Below the pieces are notes generated by a model that made no database searches, was not told the origin of the DNA, and saw only the letters and a program-made list of their open reading frames with translations. This document shows, one piece after another, positions 38,337 to 47,894 of a stretch of DNA of 64,000 nucleotides. Made by a program: the position numbers and the translations under genes. How positions within the stretch are numbered: position 1 is the first letter of the stretch; every line of letters starts with the position of its first letter. Source of the DNA: a virus (lineage: Duplodnaviria; Caudoviricetes); the IMG/VR virus record IMGVR_UViG_3300031867_000046, positions 1,255-65,254 of that record. The stretch is one strand, 5' to 3'.

Positions 38337-38714
38337 CTATTGACTGTTTAGTATTTGTAGAATAAACTTTGCAACAGTATTTAGATCATTATACAGATGA
38401 AACTTATTTAGTTTGCCAATAAGCTTTCCATTCTTATAAGCTTTACACATCATCTCATCTCTATCGTCATTTGTGTAGATCACAAACTTTATAGAGCCGT
38501 CGTGAGTAGATAGCTCAACATGAAACATATCATCAGTTTCTTTGTTTTCAAGTTTCTTTAACAAAGATCTTAATGAAGTGTATCTATTACATAGCTTATT
38601 TACCCACGCGTTCTCTTCTTCATGTGAAGGATTATCAAGCAGATCAAAAAACTCGTCGCTTCTGTATAATGCTCTTTCTAACTTGCAAATTCTGTATTCT
38701 AAATCTCTAAACAT
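38337..38714 (-). CDS. Leader-motif protein
   Basis: N-terminus DLEYRICKLERALY. Confidence 0.6.
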   Translation of the reverse strand: MFRDLEYRICKLERALYRSDEFFDLLDNPSHEEENAWVNKLCNRYTSLRSLLKKLENKETDDMFHVELSTHDGSIKFVIYTNDDRDEMMCKAYKNGKLIGKLNKFHLYNDLNTVAKFILQILNSQ

Positions 38715-38720
38715 GACAGA

Positions 38721-39068
38721 TTATCCGAAGTTTTCACCATAATGTTTCGCTATAGCTTTACCTACATTATTGTAAGAGTCGGCTGTCGAGAACTTTTTAT
38801 CATCATGTAGAATTTCAAATTTATTGTAGTCAGCTACAACTATATCATAGTCAGTAACAAACTTGCCATCGCCATCATAAATTCCAACGTTTACAAAACC
38901 ATAGTCTGAATTGTCGTCAGCCATATCTGCTGTGCAGTCATATCGTTTTAGATTTAAGTCTATAACTTTTTTAAGTCTTTCACAGTCAAGATTAGTCATA
39001 GACGTATTTTCGTTATATAGTAAACTCTCTAATCTACGAACGCGCATTTCTAATGATAGTTTTTTCAT
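38721..39068 (-). CDS. Leader-motif protein
   Basis: N-terminus SLEMRVRRLESLLYNE. Confidence 0.6.
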   Translation of the reverse strand: MKKLSLEMRVRRLESLLYNENTSMTNLDCERLKKVIDLNLKRYDCTADMADDNSDYGFVNVGIYDGDGKFVTDYDIVVADYNKFEILHDDKKFSTADSYNNVGKAIAKHYGENFG

Positions 39069-39070
39069 AA

Positions 39071-39325
39071 TCAAATCTGTGCCCTTTTAAGATCTTTTAT
39101 AACTTTTTGTAATCGGTTAACTGCAAATAGCACTTCTGCAACAGCTTTATTTAGCCTATCGTTACTAACTTGTGCTGATGTATTTTGCAAGTTGTAAACG
39201 TCAAGCTTATTCAAAATATGCTCTGTATTTTCTAAACAGCTAATATCAGGATCAGAGTCAGGCTCATCTTTATTTGATAGAAGCCTTTCTATTTTATACA
39301 CGCGAGACTCTAAATTTTGACTCAT
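39071..39325 (-). CDS. Leader-motif protein
   Basis: N-terminus NLESRVYKIERLLSNKDE. Confidence 0.6.
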   Translation of the reverse strand: MSQNLESRVYKIERLLSNKDEPDSDPDISCLENTEHILNKLDVYNLQNTSAQVSNDRLNKAVAEVLFAVNRLQKVIKDLKRAQI

Positions 39326-39326
39326 T

Positions 39327-40382
39327 TTATATCCCAATAATTATTCTTTGATAAATTGATAGTAATGCTGTCTGAAATCTTATATCAGACTCAAAAGAAT
39401 CCATTGTAAAGTCATCAATAGCAACCTTGTATAGATTCATAATTGACTTTGAATCATAAGCTTTTACCAATGCTTCAACGATAGGTTCAGCCACATAATC
39501 AGGATTAAATATTTTGCGTGCAAGATCAAGAAATAGATTTTGATAGTCGTCTTTTAATAAAGCGATAGGTATTCTCATTAGTCTATCAACTATTTCAAGC
39601 ATTAAGTCTTTATGCTTTTTTATATCCTCTTTTGTAGCACGCGTATTTTTAATTAGCCATAAAACATGTGCAAAGTATTTAGCAAAGTAAACGTAGCCTG
39701 ATTCCTCAAGGTTTAAGAAGTCATCTTCGCCTATTAGCATATACTTTTCAAGAAGCTTATGAGCGTCTCGCATGTGACCTTTTGATCGTAGTGCGATAAG
39801 ATTTGCAACTGCATCAGATAATTTGATATTTTTATCAATAGCAATTTTTTGCAAATTAGCTATAACTTCTTCTTTTGACTTTGTATTAAAGTTTAGTGTA
39901 AGCGCGCGTGATACGATAGGCTGAATAATTGATCGCGGATCAGTTGTACAAAGAATATAGTATATATTAGGCGGTGCTTCTTCAAACAATTTAAGTAACG
40001 ACGACTGTGCAGCACGCGAAGTTAAGTGAAATTCATCAAGAGTTATAACTCTCTTCTTTCCTGAAGGCACCCAAGTTAGATCATCATATAGCTCTCTAAT
40101 ATTTTCTACACGGTTAACAAGAGAAGAGTCAAACTCTGAATAGCATGGATCATTATCATAACTTGCTAAACAGCTACTGCAGCATCCGCATATATCATTA
40201 GTAAGATTTTCACAGTTAACAGCTTTAGCAAATATACGGGCAGACGTAGTTTTTCCACACCCATAGGCGCCCGAAAAAATATACACCGAAGGGCCCCCGT
40301 TTTTTGCAACAGCCATTAACAGTTTATTATTTACTTCGCTGCCGACTATTTCACAAAACCTTTTAGGTCTAAAATCGCTCAT
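39327..40382 (-). CDS. dnaX: DNA polymerase III gamma/tau-like clamp loader
   Basis: FRPKRFCEIVG, GAYGCGKTTSARIFAKAVNC, Zn CGCCSSC, LDEFH, LLKLFEE, SRA, GHMRDA. Confidence 0.92.
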   Translation of the reverse strand: MSDFRPKRFCEIVGSEVNNKLLMAVAKNGGPSVYIFSGAYGCGKTTSARIFAKAVNCENLTNDICGCCSSCLASYDNDPCYSEFDSSLVNRVENIRELYDDLTWVPSGKKRVITLDEFHLTSRAAQSSLLKLFEEAPPNIYYILCTTDPRSIIQPIVSRALTLNFNTKSKEEVIANLQKIAIDKNIKLSDAVANLIALRSKGHMRDAHKLLEKYMLIGEDDFLNLEESGYVYFAKYFAHVLWLIKNTRATKEDIKKHKDLMLEIVDRLMRIPIALLKDDYQNLFLDLARKIFNPDYVAEPIVEALVKAYDSKSIMNLYKVAIDDFTMDSFESDIRFQTALLSIYQRIIIGI

Positions 40383-40478
40383 ACTTAACTCTTTATAAAT
40401 AGCATATACAAATAAAGCTATACAGCATTTCACTGTATAGCTAATATACATAGTAATTACTTAAATTTTAATCGCCTA

Positions 40479-41564
40479 TTACTCAACAGCGCCAGCCTTC
40501 TCTAATAAACGTCTAACTCTATTATCAGTAGCAAGTGATAATGCAGTTTGATTTCTGTTGTCACGCACATTGACGTAAGCTCCAGCTTTTAATAAAGCTT
40601 TTACAGAGTCAACACTATCTGCCTCAGCTGCGTGCATGAGTGGTGTTTTGCCGATAGGATCTTTAGCGTTTACGTTAGCACCGGCATCAATAAATTGCTT
40701 TGCAATAGTATCGCACATACAGTCAATCGTATATGAAAGCAGCGGTGATCCATTTTTAACTTTTATATTTGGATTTGCACCTGCGTCTAATAACATCTGA
40801 ATGATATCTGAGCTGCTGTCGTCTTCACAGTAATACTCGAGTGGATATCCATCTGCGCCACTTCTCATATTTACGTCTGCACCTGCGTCGATAGCTTCTT
40901 CAATTTCATCTTCATCATAAGAGAATAGCATCTCTTGTTTGCTTTGATCGTCAAGCCACTTATCTAGAATCTTTAGAACATCTTTAAGAGATGAGCCATC
41001 AGGTAATCCAAGATCGGCGCCACGCCCACGAATAAACCTATAATAAACAAGATCTTTTAGAGTTTTCTTTTTACGTTTTAGAATGCCAATGTCAGACTCC
41101 TGAGTAAGATCATGCTGTGCAGCTATGTCGAATCTAACCTCTTTTATGTATTTAGAGATGTTTTTGATTGGACCTCTTACACACTCTTCCATTTCACGCT
41201 TTCTAAAGTCATCCTCTTTCGCTTCGCCATCTTCGCCAAATGCAAAATCGTTGTAAGGTCTAACTATGTAGTTTTCGGATAGCTTATCGCCGTCAACGAC
41301 TAATTGGACTAATACTGTGTCATCATCACGCGACTCTAACACGAATCCTTTGTCACGTGTAAAAGATACAAAGTCGTCACCGCCGTATGCGTAATTGTAA
41401 TACTTACCTGAAGCTCTAAGTTCGTCATTTGGTAAAATGTATTTTAAGTAGTCTTTTAATGAGCACACATGATATATAGTGCCAACTTGTTTAGCTTCAT
41501 ATACTTTTCGCTCTGCACTTCTAAGCCTACTTTCTAATAATGTAAGTCTTTGTTTTATATTCAT
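40479..41564 (-). CDS. Leader-motif protein with ART-like N-domain and C-terminal ankyrin repeats
   Basis: Leader LLESRLRSAERKVYE; IYHVCS..YLKYIL..DELRAS...FVSFTRD; ankyrins GADVN...GYPL, GANPN...GSPLL, GANVNAKDPIGKTPLMHAA. Ankyrin call firm, ART call weak. Confidence 0.7.
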   Translation of the reverse strand: MNIKQRLTLLESRLRSAERKVYEAKQVGTIYHVCSLKDYLKYILPNDELRASGKYYNYAYGGDDFVSFTRDKGFVLESRDDDTVLVQLVVDGDKLSENYIVRPYNDFAFGEDGEAKEDDFRKREMEECVRGPIKNISKYIKEVRFDIAAQHDLTQESDIGILKRKKKTLKDLVYYRFIRGRGADLGLPDGSSLKDVLKILDKWLDDQSKQEMLFSYDEDEIEEAIDAGADVNMRSGADGYPLEYYCEDDSSSDIIQMLLDAGANPNIKVKNGSPLLSYTIDCMCDTIAKQFIDAGANVNAKDPIGKTPLMHAAEADSVDSVKALLKAGAYVNVRDNRNQTALSLATDNRVRRLLEKAGAVE

Positions 41565-41624
41565 TAGTATACCTCAAATCGATTTAAGATAAATTTATCG
41601 CGATATTATTATAGATATACATAA

Positions 41625-41646
41625 AGGCCATCGTTAATGATGGCCT
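41625..41646 (-). terminator. Intrinsic terminator-like hairpin
   Basis: aggccatc / gatggcct. Confidence 0.65.
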
Positions 41647-41662
41647 ATTAAAATTTACATTA

Positions 41663-42979
41663 TTATAGTTTTAGAAGTTTCTTTAGTTTCTGATACGCAG
41701 CCATATCATTATCGTCTATATAGTCGATTACCATGTCCTTTTTATTATCAGAGACGTCGTTAAGAGCTGTCCTAACTGCTTTGTTATTTCCACTGTTCAA
41801 GCACATAATAACAAAGTCACCAATTAGTCTAGAGTTAAGTTTCTTAACGTTAAGGTGTTCAGCGATACGCGTTATTATATTTTTTGGAATATCGTTAAAG
41901 CCTTTAACGCGTGTAAGTAAACCACGTGCGCCAGTTATAAATCCTTCATCAAATTGTACACCATCTAACTCATCAAGTAAGAAGTCTGCGACTTGATATA
42001 AATGTCTTATCATAGCACCTCTAAAGTATAGAGGAATGATCGGTAAATTGCACCACGACTTCAGAAAATCTATAACGTTCATGCACTTTATCTGATCATC
42101 AGGTGAACAAGATACAATCGCATTTGGAATAAGTCCGTATGTATTGTTAGCGCCTGTTAAAGAGCTAGCAATTTTCTTAAATCGTTCAAGAGCGTCTTTA
42201 ATGTCATCACGGTCAATAAAACCTAGTTGCTTTTCTTTTGCAGTTAATGCAACACGCATGTCACCGCACATAGCTTTTAAGCACTCGAGATTTAATTTAA
42301 TAGCATGATTTAAAAGTATCTCTTTAATTTCGTCAACGTCTTTTATATCTGCCGCATAGCGTTTAATCATAGCTTTAACAATTCTAGGATCATCGCTTTT
42401 TAGTGCAGTATATACGTCATCAATAGATGCTGTTAACTTTGATGTGTCAATGTCACTATCATAGTCAAGCGCACCAATTGCGCCTATGTTAGACGCTTTT
42501 TGTTTGACATCTTTACCTTTTTCGTCAAGATCGAGCTCGATAGCGTCATCACCGCCGTCTTTAACTTTAACAGTTTTACCTTTATCGTCAAGATCTAGTT
42601 CACGGACAGGGTCCACCTTGCTTCTAGCATCAGCCTGTTGCTTTGCTAAATCTCTAAGTACAGCATTTGCACGTGCTCTTCGGCCTAATGGTAGCGAGCT
42701 TGGTTCATCTTTCTTTTTAGGCTCATCATCTAAGTCAAGTAATCTAAGTTTGCCATCACTATCAACATCAACATCACCTGCACCGGTTTTTACGGCAGCG
42801 TCATCAAAGATATCGAGCTCACGAACAGCTGAGTCAACTTCGCCTTGTGTTGGAATATCGACACTTGAAGTTACATCGTCAAGGTCAAGATCATCAAAAC
42901 GACCTTCAAACTTACGTGATCTCGATAGCCGATCAATATATTTTTCAAAAGACTCGTTTGTGAAAACTATGTGTTTCAT
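41663..42979 (-). CDS. Hypothetical protein with acidic LDLDD repeats and a helical C-terminus
   Basis: Repeats DDLDLDD, LLDLDDEPKK, RELDLDDKGKTVK, IELDLDEKGKDVK. Confidence 0.6.
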   Translation of the reverse strand: MKHIVFTNESFEKYIDRLSRSRKFEGRFDDLDLDDVTSSVDIPTQGEVDSAVRELDIFDDAAVKTGAGDVDVDSDGKLRLLDLDDEPKKKDEPSSLPLGRRARANAVLRDLAKQQADARSKVDPVRELDLDDKGKTVKVKDGGDDAIELDLDEKGKDVKQKASNIGAIGALDYDSDIDTSKLTASIDDVYTALKSDDPRIVKAMIKRYAADIKDVDEIKEILLNHAIKLNLECLKAMCGDMRVALTAKEKQLGFIDRDDIKDALERFKKIASSLTGANNTYGLIPNAIVSCSPDDQIKCMNVIDFLKSWCNLPIIPLYFRGAMIRHLYQVADFLLDELDGVQFDEGFITGARGLLTRVKGFNDIPKNIITRIAEHLNVKKLNSRLIGDFVIMCLNSGNNKAVRTALNDVSDNKKDMVIDYIDDNDMAAYQKLKKLLKL

Positions 42980-42996
42980 ATTTGCCTCTCTTATAA

Positions 42997-44940
42997 TTAG
43001 AAATCGTAAGTATCTTTTACTTCATCAGGTCTAACTCTGTCTGCCTGAATCCTTAACTGTCGTGCAGTGATGTTATCAGGATCGGCTTCATCTATAGCTT
43101 CTTGTACACGTGGATCAAGAAGTGCATTTGGATAAGATCTTATCTTATCTTGTAATTGAATATTCATTCTGTCTGCAGATATAGCATCAATTATTGATGA
43201 TACAAGCTCGTTAAAGGATCTTTTATCATCTATAGCCGTACGTTCTTCCTGAGACTTATCATCTGCAGATGTTATATTTGCATCATTCAAAGCGTCGATA
43301 CACTCATTAGATTTATCGCCTCTACAATCAGCGAGCTCTTGACCGAATCCATGGTCAATCATAAAGTCAATTAAGAATCTGTTATTGCTTTTTGTGATAC
43401 TACTTAGCGTGTAATGATTGATTCTAGGATGAAGTGATAAAGAGTTTATGTACTTTGACAAAAGCTTACAAACTTGTCTAGTAATTGCTTTACTAGAGCT
43501 ATTCGCTAAAAATTCAGACTCAGTCAAGCTTATTAAAATGTTACGTATAATATCAGGCGATGGCTTTTTATACTTTAATTTTAGCATATCGTTTACGCTG
43601 CTAGAGCCATCGCTTATTGCATTGTCTAGTAAACTCCATGCCCATTTATTTGGCATAGAATCAATTACATTTTGATTTAAAACTTCGCCAACAAGTGATG
43701 GTCTATTTAGAGCTGCACAAGCGTCACCTAAGTACTGTAAAAATGTTGAGAACGACGAAGTAGAAAGTGTGTTTGTAATTTTCCCACTTATAAGATCCCG
43801 TGCTATATCATAAATTTCTTGCTCGTTACCTGATACAACATCACGACGATAAGTGTTGCCTAAGAACGGCATATACCCAGCGTCTCTAATTGCATTTCTA
43901 AAGTATTTTCCAATACTTTTATTTTTATCGCTGTATAAACCAGTGATGCTTGACATATTTGACACTGCAATCTCTTTATCAGACTCAGAATTTAAATGTG
44001 TATTTATACAGTGATTAACAAAAGCCTGTTTTTCGGCAGGGTTGCTGTCTTTATAGTATGTTCCTAACACGTTAGACAATAGTTCATAAGCCCACGCACT
44101 ATTAAAGAATCCAGGTCGTATAAGTAACGGTAGATCTTTTAATGGCCATCCATTCTGTGCAGCCACCTCAAGCAAGCTTGTCCTACCTCGCCCAGCGCCA
44201 ATGTAAGACAATCTTGAGTTGATTCGCCGCGCCAAATCTTCATCGTCGTGATCAAACATGTATCTTACAATATTTGGATGGTTATATTTTACAGCATAAC
44301 TAATTGTAGCCATGTTGCGTGAGTCACTCATATTTACTTTAGCACCATGGTCAATTAGATACCGTGCAATCTCTTCAGCTTCAGGCTTATTAGACGTTAA
44401 AGCCCACATTAAAGGTGTTTTGCCGTTATCATTTTTTTGGTTTACGTCTTCACCATCATCAACAGCTTGCTTTACTTCAGCAAACTTGCGTGAAAATAGA
44501 TTAGGTGTAACAGCTCGTGCAGGTCGTGGCTGTCTAGGTGCTCTTGTAGCTCTACCTCTACTACGTGTACTTGGTTGCTCGTCACCAAAATCGCCATTAT
44601 TTGCGTCTTGCATAGCCGCTGCTATTTCAGCAGCAGATGGTCCAGCACTACCTCTATTTATAACACCAACGTCATCCCAAATATAGTTAGGGTTTGCAAC
44701 ATATTGGTTACCATGTTTTACAATAAGCCCGGGCTTTACCCAAGAATTTAACGCAGTGGTATTTGAATAGCGACTACCTAATGCAGAGTCAATCTCTTCT
44801 TTAGTAGCTGGCCCATGATCCATTAAGAAAGACCATATATTCATAGCAATCGATTGCCCACCGCGTCCAACTGATCGCTCAAGCATTAACTTTTCTAATT
44901 TTGCAACACGTTGTATTAATCTATATCGTTTATTAAACAT
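42997..44940 (-). CDS. Leader-motif protein with wHTH-like segment and ankyrin repeats
   Basis: Leader LIQRVAKLEKLMLE; IWSFLMDHGPATKEEI...GLIVKHGNQY (wHTH-like); GEDVNQKNDNGKTPLMWA, HGAKVNMSD ankyrins. Confidence 0.7.
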   Translation of the reverse strand: MFNKRYRLIQRVAKLEKLMLERSVGRGGQSIAMNIWSFLMDHGPATKEEIDSALGSRYSNTTALNSWVKPGLIVKHGNQYVANPNYIWDDVGVINRGSAGPSAAEIAAAMQDANNGDFGDEQPSTRSRGRATRAPRQPRPARAVTPNLFSRKFAEVKQAVDDGEDVNQKNDNGKTPLMWALTSNKPEAEEIARYLIDHGAKVNMSDSRNMATISYAVKYNHPNIVRYMFDHDDEDLARRINSRLSYIGAGRGRTSLLEVAAQNGWPLKDLPLLIRPGFFNSAWAYELLSNVLGTYYKDSNPAEKQAFVNHCINTHLNSESDKEIAVSNMSSITGLYSDKNKSIGKYFRNAIRDAGYMPFLGNTYRRDVVSGNEQEIYDIARDLISGKITNTLSTSSFSTFLQYLGDACAALNRPSLVGEVLNQNVIDSMPNKWAWSLLDNAISDGSSSVNDMLKLKYKKPSPDIIRNILISLTESEFLANSSSKAITRQVCKLLSKYINSLSLHPRINHYTLSSITKSNNRFLIDFMIDHGFGQELADCRGDKSNECIDALNDANITSADDKSQEERTAIDDKRSFNELVSSIIDAISADRMNIQLQDKIRSYPNALLDPRVQEAIDEADPDNITARQLRIQADRVRPDEVKDTYDF

Positions 44941-45032
44941 TTTACCACCCTTTGCTATTATAAGTAAAAAGTATTTACAATGTACACTATTTAGATATAT
45001 ACATCGTAAATACTTTTTGTGAATACAGCGCT

Positions 45033-46991
45033 CTATTGAATATCTGTTTGCTTTGCTTTTAACGCGTACACATCGTCAAGCTTGTCAAGCGAAATCTGCT
45101 TTATACCGTTAAAGTCAGATTCGTCGTTGTAATCATATATGCTATCCGAATTGTACTGTGCAAGATTTAGAATATCAGAAGGATCATACACAGCTTCTTT
45201 TGAAGTTTTGGCATTATATAAAGAGCCAACCACGCCGTCCATGATATCCTTAGTCCCGCCGTGTTTAGTGTCTAATGGGTGGTCGATTTTCCTTTTTGAT
45301 CTATACCAAATTAGATCAAATAGTTCTTTGTGTATCATATCAGCAAAGTCTTTACTAAAATGTACACAATTTTTATACATACAATCTACAAAGTAAAGAT
45401 ACTGTTCATCAGTTTTATCGACAGACTGATAAGCTACAGGTATTCCAATCTCTTCAAGATATTGACGAGACGCCATTGATTGAAATTGGTCAAACGTTAC
45501 AAGGCCAATTCTCAATCCTAATACGTCTCTCATGTACTTTATAAACTCGTGACATCTTGCAATAGATACTCGTTTAGGCGCAGGTGGTGGTACAATCCTT
45601 AAAGCGAAGTCATAGTAGAACTCAGGTGTCTCTACACCGTCAACTATCTTGCTGCCATTTTTATAACAACATGCTAAACCATACGCGTCAGTGCTAACGC
45701 CGATGTCTATATGCAAATAGCGAGGGCATTCTTTATGTGGAAACTCTATACCGTTAAGATAATACTGAATACAGTTAGACGGGTCATCGTTCATAGTCTC
45801 AACCGTGAACTCATGTTTAGAAAATAATGGCTGTATAGTTTCGTCTATACATGATTCAAAAGTTGATCTTGAAGAGAATAGTTTACCTGTACTTGCAACT
45901 GATAAACCTGAGAAATCCTGAAGACCTTGTATGATGTTACTATTGTATATGTTAAAGAAATCAATAGGCACTTCATCAATTAGTAATCTGTATTCTTGTG
46001 ACAGTCTTGCAACAGCTTCTTTTACAGATAAGCTTGGGTCTAGACTTATGCCTAATTTGACGCATAGAGTTGAAGCGCTATCTATAATAAATGGATCAAA
46101 CTTATCGTTTCCTGCAAATACAAAAAATGTCTCATCAGAGTATGTGCCTTTTGGCTTAATATCCCATAATCTTGCACGTGCGTACTTTATGGATGGATCA
46201 GTTAGAGATTTCTCATATAGTTGTTGTGTGTATGAAGACTGAAACGTAGATGACGATATAACTACAGATAGAGAGTGATTCACACCATTTTTAGTGTAAC
46301 GAGATGACTGTCTTGACATGATCGAGTCATGTAATTTAGCAACGTCACCATAGTTTACATCAGACCCTGAACTATCACCAAAGAAGTTGGCTTCGTCGAG
46401 AATGCTAGAAATTACATTCATTCCGATCATATCCCCAGTAGAACTTCCGTAAAACATTCTAACATTTTCAGGAAAGTCCAATGTGGAATTTCTATATTTA
46501 TTTCTACAGAAGTGCTCATTAAAGTATGGTATACCATCAATGATTGATCTCATTTGTCCATACCCAGTACGCTCGGCCTGAAACTTTGTCAAAGAAAAGT
46601 AAAGGAATGCCGTAAATGAGTTAGACATCATACCGAACAAGCCGGCTATATTTTTATAACATGAAAGTTCGTAAAGCTTTCTAAGAAGGATATACAGTCC
46701 GCACGTAGATTTACCAGTACCAATCCCGCCAGTCAAAACAACGGTGGTATATTTCTGACCGCCATCAAATATATCGCAAATAAGATCCTTCCAAAAAGGG
46801 TATAGCTTAGAGTTCCCATCACGCCCTATATAGTAGTCGTCAGACACCCATTTTTTACATGGTACAATCTCTCGTATCTGTTCGCTTTCTTTTACAGATA
46901 TCTTATCAATTACGTTTGCTATTTGCTCAATCTTTTTGTCGCCTGATAATATTTTTACTAACTTTGCAATTTTAGCGTCTCTTTTTGCCAT
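45033..46991 (-). CDS. terL: Terminase large subunit
   Basis: Walker A LTGGIGTGKST, Walker B ILDEANF, nuclease LHIDIG, VTFDQFQS, KIDHP...KDIMDGVVG. Confidence 0.92.
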   Translation of the reverse strand: MAKRDAKIAKLVKILSGDKKIEQIANVIDKISVKESEQIREIVPCKKWVSDDYYIGRDGNSKLYPFWKDLICDIFDGGQKYTTVVLTGGIGTGKSTCGLYILLRKLYELSCYKNIAGLFGMMSNSFTAFLYFSLTKFQAERTGYGQMRSIIDGIPYFNEHFCRNKYRNSTLDFPENVRMFYGSSTGDMIGMNVISSILDEANFFGDSSGSDVNYGDVAKLHDSIMSRQSSRYTKNGVNHSLSVVISSSTFQSSYTQQLYEKSLTDPSIKYARARLWDIKPKGTYSDETFFVFAGNDKFDPFIIDSASTLCVKLGISLDPSLSVKEAVARLSQEYRLLIDEVPIDFFNIYNSNIIQGLQDFSGLSVASTGKLFSSRSTFESCIDETIQPLFSKHEFTVETMNDDPSNCIQYYLNGIEFPHKECPRYLHIDIGVSTDAYGLACCYKNGSKIVDGVETPEFYYDFALRIVPPPAPKRVSIARCHEFIKYMRDVLGLRIGLVTFDQFQSMASRQYLEEIGIPVAYQSVDKTDEQYLYFVDCMYKNCVHFSKDFADMIHKELFDLIWYRSKRKIDHPLDTKHGGTKDIMDGVVGSLYNAKTSKEAVYDPSDILNLAQYNSDSIYDYNDESDFNGIKQISLDKLDDVYALKAKQTDIQ

Positions 46992-47063
46992 AACTAACAA
47001 CTCCAAATAAATTATTATGTAAAGTTAATTATTTAGATATTGCTATATAGCAGATAAAATAAA

Positions 47064-47089
47064 AGCGAGTATACTAACGTATACTCGCT
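47064..47089 (-). terminator. Intrinsic terminator-like hairpin
   Basis: agcgagtatac / gtatactcgct. Confidence 0.75.
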
Positions 47090-47113
47090 AATTTTGTTAA
47101 TTACAATTCATGC

Positions 47114-47611
47114 TTACCAGTTCATTTCTTTCTGTGACTGTGCAGCATCCGCACTATGGCGCATATCCTGGAAGTCAGGGTCTTCCCACATAGCGTCATC
47201 GCTGTTATCATAAGCTGCATTACCAGTTGTAATAGTAATCATTACTTTACCTGTAGGATTTGTAATGGTAGCATCTTCAAATCCACGCTTGTTGATATAG
47301 CGATTAAGTATGTTATACATTTTAGCAAGAGTGTTTTCATCAAGATCTTCACCAGTGTAAGATCCTAGTTTATCGCTGAATACAACAATCACACCAGTTG
47401 GATTTTTTGTTGTGCGAGCGCGTAACGGGTAGCTGTACCCACGTGTGTAGCGACCACTGACATCAAAGTAATCTTGCAAATCAGGATGCCGTGCGATAAG
47501 ATTGAATACTTCGTTAGCCACCTTGTCTAAATCAGTTTTAGACATTTTCTTTTCATTAACTAATAATTTTTCTAAACGAGCAATTCTCTGTTCAAGTGTA
47601 AGTTTACGCAT
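47114..47611 (-). CDS. Leader-motif protein
   Basis: Start at 47611 (GAGGAG SD): MRKLTLEQRIARLEKLLVNE. Confidence 0.65.
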   Translation of the reverse strand: MRKLTLEQRIARLEKLLVNEKKMSKTDLDKVANEVFNLIARHPDLQDYFDVSGRYTRGYSYPLRARTTKNPTGVIVVFSDKLGSYTGEDLDENTLAKMYNILNRYINKRGFEDATITNPTGKVMITITTGNAAYDNSDDAMWEDPDFQDMRHSADAAQSQKEMNW

Positions 47612-47885
47612 TATAACTCCTCTTATACTCTTTAGGGTTAGGATACATATAGAAAAACTCTTTTTTACCGACATCTGTTAAAAGATCATAGTCCCACACG
47701 CCTGACTCATCGCAGAAGTAAATTCTGTTGAGATCACCAGATAAAATGAAGCTCTTATCTTCGATCTTTAAAAGCGAAGCGCTCATCTTTGCGCCAGATA
47801 GAGAGTCGAATTCTCCATATATTTCGCCGCTACCTTCTTTATTTAATCTGTATAGATAATAACTTGTATGCATAAGTGATCTCAT
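47604..47885 (-). CDS. Hypothetical protein
   Basis: 93-aa ORF between coupled genes. Confidence 0.5.
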   Translation of the reverse strand: MRSLMHTSYYLYRLNKEGSGEIYGEFDSLSGAKMSASLLKIEDKSFILSGDLNRIYFCDESGVWDYDLLTDVGKKEFFYMYPNPKEYKRSYNA

Positions 47886-47894
47886 TACGTGATA

